DNA of 64,000 nt from the NCBI GenBank assembly GCA_963828195.1, contig CAWHDT010000007.1, positions 224,001 through 288,000 on the forward strand, read 5' to 3'. Origin of the DNA: Candidatus Bathyarchaeota archaeon (GTDB lineage: Archaea > Thermoproteota > Bathyarchaeia > Bathyarchaeales > Bathycorpusculaceae). The position numbers and the translations under genes were made by a program. The notes under the pieces were generated by a model, which had not been told where the DNA came from, made no database searches, and saw only the letters and a list, made by a program, of their open reading frames with translations. Positions 37,372 to 47,989 of this stretch are shown here, one piece after another; the first letter of the stretch is position 1, and each line of letters begins with the position of its first letter.

Positions 37372-37527
37372 TTAAAGAACATCGTGTTCTTCCTTGCAAT
37401 GTCTCTCGTAGTCCTCTTTGGTATCATATATTGATTGGTCCAGAGGGCACTTGAATTTTTTATGCGGGGTCATTTCAGGTTTTGGTATCGTGATTTTAGA
37501 GTCTTTTCTACAAGAATCTTCTTTCAA
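37372..37527 (-). CDS. Small C2H2-like zinc-finger protein (51 aa)
   Basis: GAGGTGA SD, TTG start; ..KFKCPLDQSIYDTKEDYERHCKEEHDVL*. Confidence 0.6.
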   Translation of the reverse strand: MKEDSCRKDSKITIPKPEMTPHKKFKCPLDQSIYDTKEDYERHCKEEHDVL

Positions 37528-37692
37528 ACAAATTCACCTCCAATCAAAAAACGTACTCCAAAACAACTAACTAGAAATGTAAAACAATTATTAAAACCAT
37601 GTGACTGCTCTTGTCTCCAATAAAGAGGAATTGGAAAAACAGTTTTCCATTAAGCGTCACAACTGAAAAAAAAATAATTGATCATAAATAAC

Positions 37693-38106
37693 TTATTGAA
37701 TTTTTTTAAGTGCATCTTCCAGCTGACTGAAGCTTTTGATAAGCATGTCAGAATGCGCTATAATCCATGGACTCAAGCACTCTATATCCGAAATCACTAC
37801 GATTTTTTTGCCTTTACGTTTAGCGTAAAACAGCTCCATGCATGCCCCCGCTGATAGTTTAGGCAGATAAACCACCATGACGTCGCATCTGTCAGCGTCA
37901 TCCAGATCCCTTTGAATAAAATCAAACGCCGAAACTTTGTCCCACCAGCATTCCTCGTTTCCTTTATAGAGAATTTTTTCTCTCTTCCAGGGGTCAATAA
38001 CTTCAAAACCCATCTTGCCGCAGATTTCAGTAATTTTTCCGCGGTATTCTTGATTGTTTTCCATGCCCAGAATGGGCCCAGATATGAACACTTGTTTCTT
38101 CATCAC
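37693..38106 (-). CDS. Nucleoside 2-deoxyribosyltransferase-like protein
   Basis: VFISGPI, VIDPW, RDLDDADRCD, SAGACMELFYA. Confidence 0.85.
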   Translation of the reverse strand: MMKKQVFISGPILGMENNQEYRGKITEICGKMGFEVIDPWKREKILYKGNEECWWDKVSAFDFIQRDLDDADRCDVMVVYLPKLSAGACMELFYAKRKGKKIVVISDIECLSPWIIAHSDMLIKSFSQLEDALKKIQ

Positions 38107-38249
38107 TTCAATCTACCTCGGGAACTGGGAAAGCTTGGAAATGGATAGCTTGATTAAACAGGCTCTATTGGCTCGTAAAGATAAGCTACCTACGGTTTTC
38201 TTAACTTTTCCCTCGCCGAATTGGGATGGACAATCTGTGATAAAGCTGA

Positions 38250-38450
38250 TGGAGCAAGTCGCGGCAACCTCTACTCATCACCAGCAGTAGTCAACGGAAT
38301 CGCATACTTCGGCTCGTACGACCAAACGTTTACGCCACAGGTACACTAACAAGTAGCTCAAGCATACCCATCGTCATCTACTACGCGATTATCATACCGT
38401 CTTAATTGTAATAATCGCCATTGCAATTTATGTAAATAAGAAAACGGCGT
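38250..38450 (+). pseudogene. Remnant of a PQQ-repeat beta-propeller surface protein C-terminus
   Basis: GNLYSSPAVVNGIAYFGSYD, frameshift, VYATG, then a hydrophobic anchor and basic tail; no start codon. Confidence 0.55.
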
Positions 38451-38587
38451 TAGCCAGTTTCCAACAATTCCCCTTTTCATTTAATCTTTCAAAGGGCTAA
38501 ATTATTTGGGTGATTCAAATAAGAGGCCTCTTCTTTTTTCTGCGAAGGAATTGTTTTTGTTTGCTTTTTGCGGCTAATTTTCCTTAG

Positions 38588-38751
38588 CAATTTTAAATTT
38601 TAAAAGAACAACAACACATAGAATTCAAATGTTGTTCTTTTTGGCAAAATTTTAAAAGAAGAAGAAGCTGGTGAAAACAATTTTTCTTCTTCTTCCTGCC
38701 ACATTTGTGGCGGTTTTTTTGGCGCAAATACTATGCAGGTCTATAGGTAGG
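38588..38751. repeat. Dispersed double-hairpin element, copy 1
   Basis: Arms AAAAGAACAACA/TGTTGTTCTTTT (38602-38641) and AAGAAGAAGAA/TTCTTCTTCTT (38656-38694); terminal AGGTCTATAGGTAGG; homologous to 53609-53794. Confidence 0.8.
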
Positions 38752-38954
38752 CGTGGGGGTAGATTTAGAGGTTGTTTCAGGTCGATTTTCAGATTTAGGG
38801 TTTGGATTTGAGCTATAGGCACGGCGAAATTGGAAAAACGGTTTAAAACCAAGCAAAAACATTTCTGCCCTTTACTCCGTAGACCAGAAAACTGAGTCAC
38901 TTATAACATCTAGAAAATCAGCTTTTTAGCAAACAAAAAAGTCGGAAACGCCAA

Positions 38955-39029
38955 TGGGGCTGCCCGGATTTGAACCGGAGTCTATAGAGCCCAAGTCTAC
39001 AAGCCTAGACCAAGCTAGCCGACAGCCCC
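38955..39029 (-). tRNA. tRNA-Pro(UGG), intronless, CCA not encoded
   Basis: GGGGCTG/CAGCCCC acceptor, anticodon arm GTAGA-CTTGGGC-TCTAT, T-arm TCCGG-TTCAAAT-CCGGG, discriminator A. Confidence 0.93.
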
Positions 39030-39187
39030 GACGTGTTGCAGGGTAGATAATTTCTTTGCATCATAAAAACCTTAGCTACGCCACGGTGAGGCTGCATCAA
39101 TAAATGAGTAACAAGTACATTTACTGGCTCGGACGGCAAAAACTTATTAATTAAAGCCCTACTGCATAAGGTAAAAGGGAGCTCAAC

Positions 39188-39535
39188 GTGTCCTTCGCAT
39201 CTAGACTCAAAGGTTTCAACCGCATTGAATTAGCAGCATTAGCTTTCTACGCTATCAGCGGAATAATCCTTTTGGTTTTTCTGCCCTTAACTGGTTTTCC
39301 ACCGCAGCTTGCTTTACTTGGCATCGTCAGCTTAATAACGGCTTACGGCCTCCTCGTAAAAAGAGGTTGGGCACCTTGGATACTGTTTATCTTGTTCGCT
39401 GGAGCATCAACCTTCTCAATCTACACCTTAGCCGTCGCAGGATTTAGCAACCCGTTGTTAGGCATAAGTCTGACTGTTTATGCGGTGCTCACGTGGGTAT
39501 TTGCAGGGTACATCCTGTTAATAAAGAGAAGATAA
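39188..39535 (+). CDS. Small integral membrane protein (4 TM)
   Basis: Four hydrophobic segments; GTG start. Confidence 0.75.
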   Translation: MSFASRLKGFNRIELAALAFYAISGIILLVFLPLTGFPPQLALLGIVSLITAYGLLVKRGWAPWILFILFAGASTFSIYTLAVAGFSNPLLGISLTVYAVLTWVFAGYILLIKRR

Positions 39536-39653
39536 ATTCAAGCCAACCCATTAGGGACTACTTTTAATTGTTGCGTTAATTTTTGAAAAACGCTAAATTT
39601 TCCTCTAACCTGCAAAAAGAAGCACAAAAATTCTTCAGATATTGGGCTTAACG

Positions 39654-40904
39654 CTAAATCTTGCCTGAAACACCACGGAAAAGCGTAACAGCAACTTCTT
39701 CATCAACATCCAGAAACTGCTCATCTTCGGGAATCTCAACAAACCCGTCAGCTTTAGCTAAAGTGGTGATTGCGCCCGAAGCGCCAGTTTCTACGGGTTC
39801 AGCGATCAATCGGCAGTCCTCATCAAATTCTAACTTAACCATGACGAATGTCCTTCTGCCTTTAGCACTGAACATTCGTGCGCCAGCAACAGCTCTAACT
39901 ATTTTCATAGCAGCCACGGGTCTGCCAGCTAACCGCTGAATCAGGGGTCTAGCAAGCAAATAGAAAAGCAGCAGTGCAGAGGTTGGATTACCAGGCAACG
40001 AAAAAACCGGTTTATCTCCCACAAACGCGACCGTCGTGGGTTTCCCAGGCTTAACTGCTATGCCGTAAACAACTATGCCTGGTTTACCAAGCGAATCCAC
40101 GATTTGCGGGGTATAATCTCTTGGGCCCACCGAGACGCCGCCAGATGTAATCACCATGTCCGCTGAAGCTAAAGCAGTTTGCAAGGCTTTCGCTAAAGCC
40201 GCTTTATCATCTGCGACAACCCCGAAGAAAACTGGTTTTCCGCCGCTTTCAATCACTGCTGTGCTTAGGCTGTAAGCGTTAATGTCGTAGATTTTTCCCG
40301 CGGGCAAAACCTTGCCAGGCTCAGTCACTTCACCGCCCGTAGATAAAACCGCAACTATGGGGATTTTTGAAACTTTAGCCGCAGTTAAACCTAAAGCCGC
40401 TAAAACGCCGATTTCCGAAGACCCCAAAACCACCCCTTTTTTAAGCACTGCTTCGCCTTTCTTGATGTCTGAGCCCTTCTTCATAACATTCTCGTAAACG
40501 GTGACAGCGCCATAAACGTGCAAATCATCATCTTCCCTCTCTGTGTCTTCAACCATAACCACCGCGTTTGCACCTTCAGGAATCGGGGCGCCAGTAACGA
40601 TTTCAACGGCTTCACCCTTCGCCAAAACCATTTTCGGCTGCTCACCAGCATTTACGGCGCCGCAAACCTTCAGGGTTACAGGTTGATTTTCATCTGCGCA
40701 GGAAGTGTCCTCGGCTTTGACAGCGTAGCCGTCTACAGTTGAACGGTTAAACGGTGGAATGTCAAGCGTTGAAACCACATCTTCGCTGAGAACACGGTTG
40801 TAAGCTTCAAGCAGCGCCGCTTCTTCTTCACCTAAAACCGCAGGCGTAAAGTGGTCTCTGATTGTTTTTTGCGCCTCGTCAAAAGTCATAAGCTTCCTAA
40901 ACAT
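39654..40904 (-). CDS. moeA: Molybdopterin molybdenum/tungsten transferase MoeA
   Basis: PPFNRSTVDGYA, TGAPIP, STGGE, SGGVSVG, KPGKP, LPGNP. Confidence 0.94.
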   Translation of the reverse strand: MFRKLMTFDEAQKTIRDHFTPAVLGEEEAALLEAYNRVLSEDVVSTLDIPPFNRSTVDGYAVKAEDTSCADENQPVTLKVCGAVNAGEQPKMVLAKGEAVEIVTGAPIPEGANAVVMVEDTEREDDDLHVYGAVTVYENVMKKGSDIKKGEAVLKKGVVLGSSEIGVLAALGLTAAKVSKIPIVAVLSTGGEVTEPGKVLPAGKIYDINAYSLSTAVIESGGKPVFFGVVADDKAALAKALQTALASADMVITSGGVSVGPRDYTPQIVDSLGKPGIVVYGIAVKPGKPTTVAFVGDKPVFSLPGNPTSALLLFYLLARPLIQRLAGRPVAAMKIVRAVAGARMFSAKGRRTFVMVKLEFDEDCRLIAEPVETGASGAITTLAKADGFVEIPEDEQFLDVDEEVAVTLFRGVSGKI

Positions 40905-42157
40905 TAATCCGCAGCCTCCACACCGCCAAACATGTGAACTGTAACCGTTTCGCCCCCGGTTACGCCCTCCCGATTCTCGGGCACTATGACGAAACCGTTG
41001 CTCTGCGTCATGGTGGATATAGATCCAGAGCCTTTTGTGCTAACTGGCTCAGCATAAAATTCGCCGCCTCTTAAGGTTACGTGGACTCTAAGGTATGTTT
41101 TTCTTCCAAGAACAGATGTGACTTTTCGGGTTAAGGTAGCTTTCAACATTGGCCGTGGCTCCGTTTTGGTCATTCCAAGCAGCCTGCAAACCATCGGTCT
41201 GCCGAAAACCTCAAAACCGATAATTGCAGCCACGGGGTTACCTGACAAAATCAAAACGGGCTTGCCCTCCAACACTGCAACAGCCGTCGGCATCGCTGGT
41301 CTTAATGCAACGCCGTGAACAATAACCCCTGGTTCCCCAAGCTTGTTAACTGCGTCTGGCACCAAATCTAAACCTCCAACACTTGTCCCGCCAGTGGTGA
41401 TTACGGCATCATTGGTCTTGAGGGCTTTTTGGATTTTATCAGCAATTTCATCCACGTTATCTTTTACTATGCCATAATCGGCTGTTTCGGCGCCAAGTTC
41501 TTTGCATGTTACTGAAATCATAATTTTGTTTGAATCATAAATTAGGTTTCCAGAAAGCGCTGTGCCTACTTCGGTAAGTTCATTTCCTGTGGCTAAAATG
41601 GCGATTTTCGGTTTCTCTGCAACTTTTAGTTGACTGTGACCTAAGGCAGCAGCTAATCCTATATGGTAGGGGTTTAACCGTGCGCCAGACTTAGCGATGA
41701 TTAAGCCTTTTTTAAGGTCCTCACCTACTTTGGCAACATTGACTCCTGGGGCAAGTTGGCTCCAAACCTTCAGGGTTCCGTTGCGCCTTTTGGTGTCCTC
41801 AAGCTTAACTACTGCGTCAGCACCTTTCGGGATGGGGTTTCCAGTCCAAACCTGCTTAGCCTGCATGCTCTCTATTTCATTGTTTTCAGTTAATTGGAAG
41901 ATTGCTGGTTTAGACTGCGAGGCACCGGCTGTGTCAACAGATTTTAATGCGTACCCGTCCATGGCTGACTTGTCAAACCGTGGCAAATCTTCCAGCGCGG
42001 TTAGGTCTTCAGCTAAAACTCGTCCTAACGCATCCTGCAAAGACACCGCAGCAGCTTTAGACACACCAATTTGAAGTGCAGCCAGCCAGCTTTGCAGCGC
42101 TTGTTCAGCTAATGTTAATTTTTGGAATCCTTTGAGCTTCACCAAAATGGTTCCCAA
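40904..42157 (-). CDS. moeA: Molybdopterin molybdenum/tungsten transferase MoeA, second paralog
   Basis: PRFDKSAMDGYA, TGNPIP, ATGNEL, TGGTSVG, RPAMP, LSGNP. Confidence 0.94.
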   Translation of the reverse strand: MGTILVKLKGFQKLTLAEQALQSWLAALQIGVSKAAAVSLQDALGRVLAEDLTALEDLPRFDKSAMDGYALKSVDTAGASQSKPAIFQLTENNEIESMQAKQVWTGNPIPKGADAVVKLEDTKRRNGTLKVWSQLAPGVNVAKVGEDLKKGLIIAKSGARLNPYHIGLAAALGHSQLKVAEKPKIAILATGNELTEVGTALSGNLIYDSNKIMISVTCKELGAETADYGIVKDNVDEIADKIQKALKTNDAVITTGGTSVGGLDLVPDAVNKLGEPGVIVHGVALRPAMPTAVAVLEGKPVLILSGNPVAAIIGFEVFGRPMVCRLLGMTKTEPRPMLKATLTRKVTSVLGRKTYLRVHVTLRGGEFYAEPVSTKGSGSISTMTQSNGFVIVPENREGVTGGETVTVHMFGGVEAAD

Positions 42158-42232
42158 TACCCATTAGCGACTAGCGTAAAAAACATATCGAAACAAAACT
42201 CAAAAAGCAAATAGCTAAAATAAAAAAACGGG

Positions 42233-42478
42233 TCAGGACCTTGTCTCGTAGACTACCACTGAGTCAGTCTTGATTTGCATAACTAAATCGTGACCTTCCA
42301 CTATTTTTCTCAGGCAGCCCATACTTTCTTTAGAAATATTTGCTTTAATGTTAATGTGGTAGCCCTGATACAATGGGTACATGGCTTTCTGGGGTATCAA
42401 CGTGATGGTACTTCCATCTAAATCTGGGCAATTATCAACAATCTCCCTTAGCAAGACAGCAATTTCGGCAAACTTCAT
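42233..42478 (-). CDS. Hypothetical protein
   Basis: Clean 81-aa ORF, ATG after GAGTGAG. Confidence 0.65.
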   Translation of the reverse strand: MKFAEIAVLLREIVDNCPDLDGSTITLIPQKAMYPLYQGYHINIKANISKESMGCLRKIVEGHDLVMQIKTDSVVVYETRS

Positions 42479-42569
42479 GAATTCTCACTCTTTATACTTG
42501 TTACTATTTTCATAAAAATCTTTAGTATAAATCAGTTTCTAACCTGATTTCTTTTTTGGTTTATTGTCA

Positions 42570-43079
42570 CTATTTTTTATTTGCTTCTGCAGTCATTTTT
42601 TTGAGGAATTCTTTGATGCAGTCCGCTTGGCCGTACAATAGGAGGCGCCCATCTTTTTGCCCATTAACGGTGAGGTTACTTTCCTTAGCCATCTGATTTA
42701 TTCGCTCGGTTGGCAGATTTCCAGCTGGTTCAACCCTGACCCATTTTTGGTCTCGGGGAACGCCTGTGACGAATTTGTTTTCTTCCATTTTCTCTTCTTT
42801 GGTTTCTGCGCTGGCTTCCCCCAAACGCTTAAGCCACTGATCAACAATTTCTGGGCTCAAAGCTTTTTGTGCTTCATTAATTAAGATTGATTCAATAGCT
42901 CCCAGGAACTCCTCAACTTTCTGTGATTCTTCCCCTGTGCCGTCGTCCGTTTTTGAAACTATAATCATAAGTTTTGCGTTCCTCAGATCGCCAATTACTT
43001 CAGGTGGAACACTGACGCCTTTTTCCCGAAGCTCAATCACCAACTCATCAAGAACTTTCCAGGTTGCTGTATGGCTCAT
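42570..43079 (-). CDS. DUF2096 family protein
   Basis: WKVLDELVIELREKG..DLRNAKLMI..ESILI..WLKRL; GVPRDQKWVR. Confidence 0.75.
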   Translation of the reverse strand: MSHTATWKVLDELVIELREKGVSVPPEVIGDLRNAKLMIIVSKTDDGTGEESQKVEEFLGAIESILINEAQKALSPEIVDQWLKRLGEASAETKEEKMEENKFVTGVPRDQKWVRVEPAGNLPTERINQMAKESNLTVNGQKDGRLLLYGQADCIKEFLKKMTAEANKK

Positions 43080-43183
43080 GCCGTTCGCCCAAGGTATAGT
43101 TAGACCGACAAACTATAAAATATTCCCATAAGTAAGAGTTGGGAAGCAAGAAATCAAGTCTTTTCCATGTTGCTTGTGGGCGT

Positions 43184-43912
43184 TTATTTTTCGGCTTCTT
43201 GCAGTGTTTTTGCAATCCGCGTATTCTTTGAACTTTCCTTGGGCTCTAAGAGTTCTTTGACAAGTTTGAATTGCCGTTGGTAAATATGACAGTTCTTTGA
43301 ATGGAATATCAGTTTACCAGTTTTCAACGAAAGGTTTCCCCGCTCATTAATTTCAGAAACAAACGCCTCATTGAAAAGCTGCAAGCCTGCAATGTTAGCT
43401 GGCAAACCGGCGTAAGCATCCCAAGAGCGGAAATAACATGTTAAATGCATTTGCCCATCGAGGATTTCAGTGTCAATAAGGCTCAAGCAGGGCGGTTCAT
43501 GCCGCTCCTTTGTTTTTGGATTAATTTTATAGATATCATCTGGCAACCTAACAACCATTGTCACTTGGCGATCCCGCTGCTCTTTCACGTAGTTTTTGAT
43601 TGCTTCTTCAACCTGATCGACGGGTTCACGAAGTCGGCTGCCGTAAGTGTAAATTTCATCCTGCTTTCCTTCCCCGCACCAAAGATAAGTTAACGCATAC
43701 CACTGCACATACTTCATGTCGCAAGGCGCTTTGTCGCTGACGAGCGGGCGGTTTTCAGGATGAGCAATTTCTATTGATAAGTTGAGTTTTTTTGTCTCTG
43801 TAACTTCAGAGCCGTATCCCACTTGGAAATCGTCTCCTCCATTCCAAATGGTCTCTAACGTTTTGAAATAAGCGTCTGGGCAGTCGAAAGCTACAACCTT
43901 AACATGCTTCAT
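43184..43912 (-). CDS. thyA: Thymidylate synthase (archaeal ThyA type)
   Basis: YTYGSRL, PPCL catalytic Cys, YFRSWD, HIY. Confidence 0.85.
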   Translation of the reverse strand: MKHVKVVAFDCPDAYFKTLETIWNGGDDFQVGYGSEVTETKKLNLSIEIAHPENRPLVSDKAPCDMKYVQWYALTYLWCGEGKQDEIYTYGSRLREPVDQVEEAIKNYVKEQRDRQVTMVVRLPDDIYKINPKTKERHEPPCLSLIDTEILDGQMHLTCYFRSWDAYAGLPANIAGLQLFNEAFVSEINERGNLSLKTGKLIFHSKNCHIYQRQFKLVKELLEPKESSKNTRIAKTLQEAEK

Positions 43913-44038
43913 ATTTAGACTCCGAGATACCGAATAATGTCTAGCCGTAAGAATATAAATTTACAGCCAATCAGATTAAGATGCTAGAATCAAAGCAAAC
44001 TTGTTTTTTAAAATTAAAAAAGAAGAAAGTTGGGTTTT

Positions 44039-45703
<1,665 letters not shown>

Positions 45704-45836
45704 AATTTTCACCAAGTTGTTTATTTTGAATACAAACGGAATTCAACAATCAAATATATAAATATAAATTTTTCCCAACACAAAAAACAATAATTACCTA
45801 TATGATTCTTATTGTGAAAATCAAAAGTAAAAAGCA

Positions 45837-46904
45837 TTATGCCAAATCCGCTCTGACGATGTGGTATCCTGACGCTTTGCGGAGCCTATTCATGATGGCT
45901 AAGCCGATTCCCTCGGAAGAAACGCCTTCAGCAATTATGACATCGACGTTTTTTGCGTCAATCTCCCGAAGTAAACGGAAAAGGCTTTGGGCAACAACTG
46001 CCAAGTTGAAGCGGCTGCCAAGAGACTTGACTACGTCTGCTTTGTAGCTGGCTTGTGTTTCATCGGTGGCTAAGATGCCTACTTTTGCGCCTTTAACCCG
46101 ATAAGATTCTGATAGCTCTTTTATTTTGGTTACAACAGCGGAAATTGAACCGTCAACAAGAATTACCTCTGCTTTAGGCGCATAATGCCTATGTTTCATT
46201 CCAGGAGACCTTATTTGTTCAAGGGGCAACTCTTCTTCAGATTGAACAAACGGGTGCAGCTCTACATCGCCAAGCACTTTTTTTAATGCCTCAAAAGATG
46301 TCCCGCCTGGACGAAGCACAACTGGAGGATCCACAGTTAAGTCTATAACAGTTGATTCAACACCGATGCTTGTTGCTCCGCCGTCAAGGATGACATCGAT
46401 TCGGCCATTAAGATCTTCATAAACGTGTTTGGCGGTGGTTGGACTAGGTTTCCCTGCAAGGTTCGCGCTTGGAGCGGCTATGGGAAGACCGCATTGCTTA
46501 ATCAATGCTAAGGCGACTTTGTGTTTTGGCATTCGAATCGCAACAGTGTCTAAACCTGCAACTGTCACGTCGGGTACTACGCTTGAGCGTTTAAAAACCA
46601 GAGTTAAAGGTCCTGGCCAAAACCTTTTCATCAGCAACTCAGCCTTCTTTGGAACCTGCTGCGCTAGCCGGTAAACTTCACTTGTCTCTGCAACATGAAC
46701 GATTGGCGGGTTATCTAAAGGTCTTTTTTTAGCTTCGAAAAGAGCCAAAACAGCAACCGGATTAAGTGCGTCGGCGCCTAAACCGTAAACGGTCTCCGTT
46801 GGGAAAGCCACTAATCCGCCCCTTTCAAGAACTTGGGCGGCAACTTCGATTTTGGTGTAATCAGGATTTTCGGAATCCACTTTTAAGATGAGAGTTTCTT
46901 TCAT
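45837..46904 (-). CDS. sua5: L-threonylcarbamoyladenylate synthase Sua5
   Basis: FPTETVYGLG, KKRPLDNP, APSAN..GKPSPT, SPGMKHRHYAP, SUA5 domain. Confidence 0.95.
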   Translation of the reverse strand: MKETLILKVDSENPDYTKIEVAAQVLERGGLVAFPTETVYGLGADALNPVAVLALFEAKKRPLDNPPIVHVAETSEVYRLAQQVPKKAELLMKRFWPGPLTLVFKRSSVVPDVTVAGLDTVAIRMPKHKVALALIKQCGLPIAAPSANLAGKPSPTTAKHVYEDLNGRIDVILDGGATSIGVESTVIDLTVDPPVVLRPGGTSFEALKKVLGDVELHPFVQSEEELPLEQIRSPGMKHRHYAPKAEVILVDGSISAVVTKIKELSESYRVKGAKVGILATDETQASYKADVVKSLGSRFNLAVVAQSLFRLLREIDAKNVDVIIAEGVSSEGIGLAIMNRLRKASGYHIVRADLA

Positions 46905-47395
46905 TTGAGTTGCCTTTTGAGTTCAAGCACCACTGATGTTTCCACTTGCCGTGTGGGAATGCTCCAATGTTGCTTTAAGAGTTTATTCTTTTCTTCAGTA
47001 GAAACCAGTTCAAACCCGTGTTTTTGATAAAACTTTATTGCCCATTTTGCTGCTTCCCAAGTGCCAACATAAACCTGGGATGTTTCGGCTAAGCCGATTA
47101 AACGGTTTAGAAGCTTTTCGCCATACCCCTTCCGCTGATGACTTTTCAAAACATAGGCGTGCCTGATTAAAGTAACATCGCTAACGCATTGAATCCCCAT
47201 CACAGCAACCAAAACATCGTTATCTTTCAAACCGTAAAATTGAACTCCACCGTTGATTTCCTCCTTAAGCTCTTGCGCTGCCATGTAAGGTTCCTTCCAC
47301 CTGTCGCTTGGAATCTTGCCTTTATACACAGCAGCGGCATCATTCACAACAGCTAGTATTGCTTGAAAATCGCAATTTCGCAGTTTACTAATCAT
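46901..47395 (-). CDS. GNAT family N-acetyltransferase
   Basis: IRHAYV..HQRKGYGEKLL, WAIKFYQKHGF. Confidence 0.88.
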   Translation of the reverse strand: MISKLRNCDFQAILAVVNDAAAVYKGKIPSDRWKEPYMAAQELKEEINGGVQFYGLKDNDVLVAVMGIQCVSDVTLIRHAYVLKSHQRKGYGEKLLNRLIGLAETSQVYVGTWEAAKWAIKFYQKHGFELVSTEEKNKLLKQHWSIPTRQVETSVVLELKRQLK

Positions 47396-47436
47396 TTTGT
47401 TATCGACATTTCCATGAACCACTAAGCTTAAACATT

Positions 47437-47808
47437 TTAGGTTGTAGTTGGCTCCTTTTGGCTTTCCGGCGGAATAAGTTTTTCGATAAGGTGCATAAAG
47501 AACGCTTGCGCTTGCATTTCGTCAAGTTTGTCCAGATAAACCGAAACCAGAGCTATTTTTCCCTTCTTAGAAGCCACGTACTCAGCAAACATTCTTGCAG
47601 TAATAACGTTCCTATCTCCTAAAAGCACTGATGAGCTGACTGTGCCAATAAGATCTCGGGGTTTCGGAACAGCGATAGCCAAAGTTCCCAGCTTATCTTC
47701 TTTTTCGCTAAGCATCAGCATGCATGAATTTTTTGCTTCCACATAAACGGCTAAAAAACGGGTATCCTGTTCCTGTAGCTCTTCTTTTACGACTTTGGCA
47801 CGTTCCAA
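47437..47808 (-). CDS. Proteasome assembly chaperone 4 (PAC4/PSMG4)-like protein
   Basis: LGTLAIAVP..SSSVLLGD..ARMFAEYVASKKGKIALVSVYL parallels the PAC4 pattern LAVA..STSLLGD..LA.RLA.K..K.VFVS (recalled). Confidence 0.55.
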   Translation of the reverse strand: MERAKVVKEELQEQDTRFLAVYVEAKNSCMLMLSEKEDKLGTLAIAVPKPRDLIGTVSSSVLLGDRNVITARMFAEYVASKKGKIALVSVYLDKLDEMQAQAFFMHLIEKLIPPESQKEPTTT

Positions 47809-47989
47809 TTTCTTTCGTCCCTTCTAACGTTGGTTAATGCTTGGACTGCTTAAAAAAGACTTCACAAAGCAAACTTATTGATTGACTTTGCATGGCGAGT
47901 TGCAGGTTGCGCGGTTAACTTGCGGAGGACTGTTTCATCGTAAAGCATTAAGGATGGAACATAATAACAGTCTCGTGTAAGGACAAGGC

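Noticed and set aside
38652-38900. ORF 38652..38900 (-), and likewise 53532..53774 (-)
   Set aside because: Translations of the double-hairpin repeat; reading frames are not conserved between the copies.
39654-42157. Tandem moeA paralogs as a novelty
   Set aside because: Two MoeA paralogs are common in archaea with W/Mo enzymes such as AOR.
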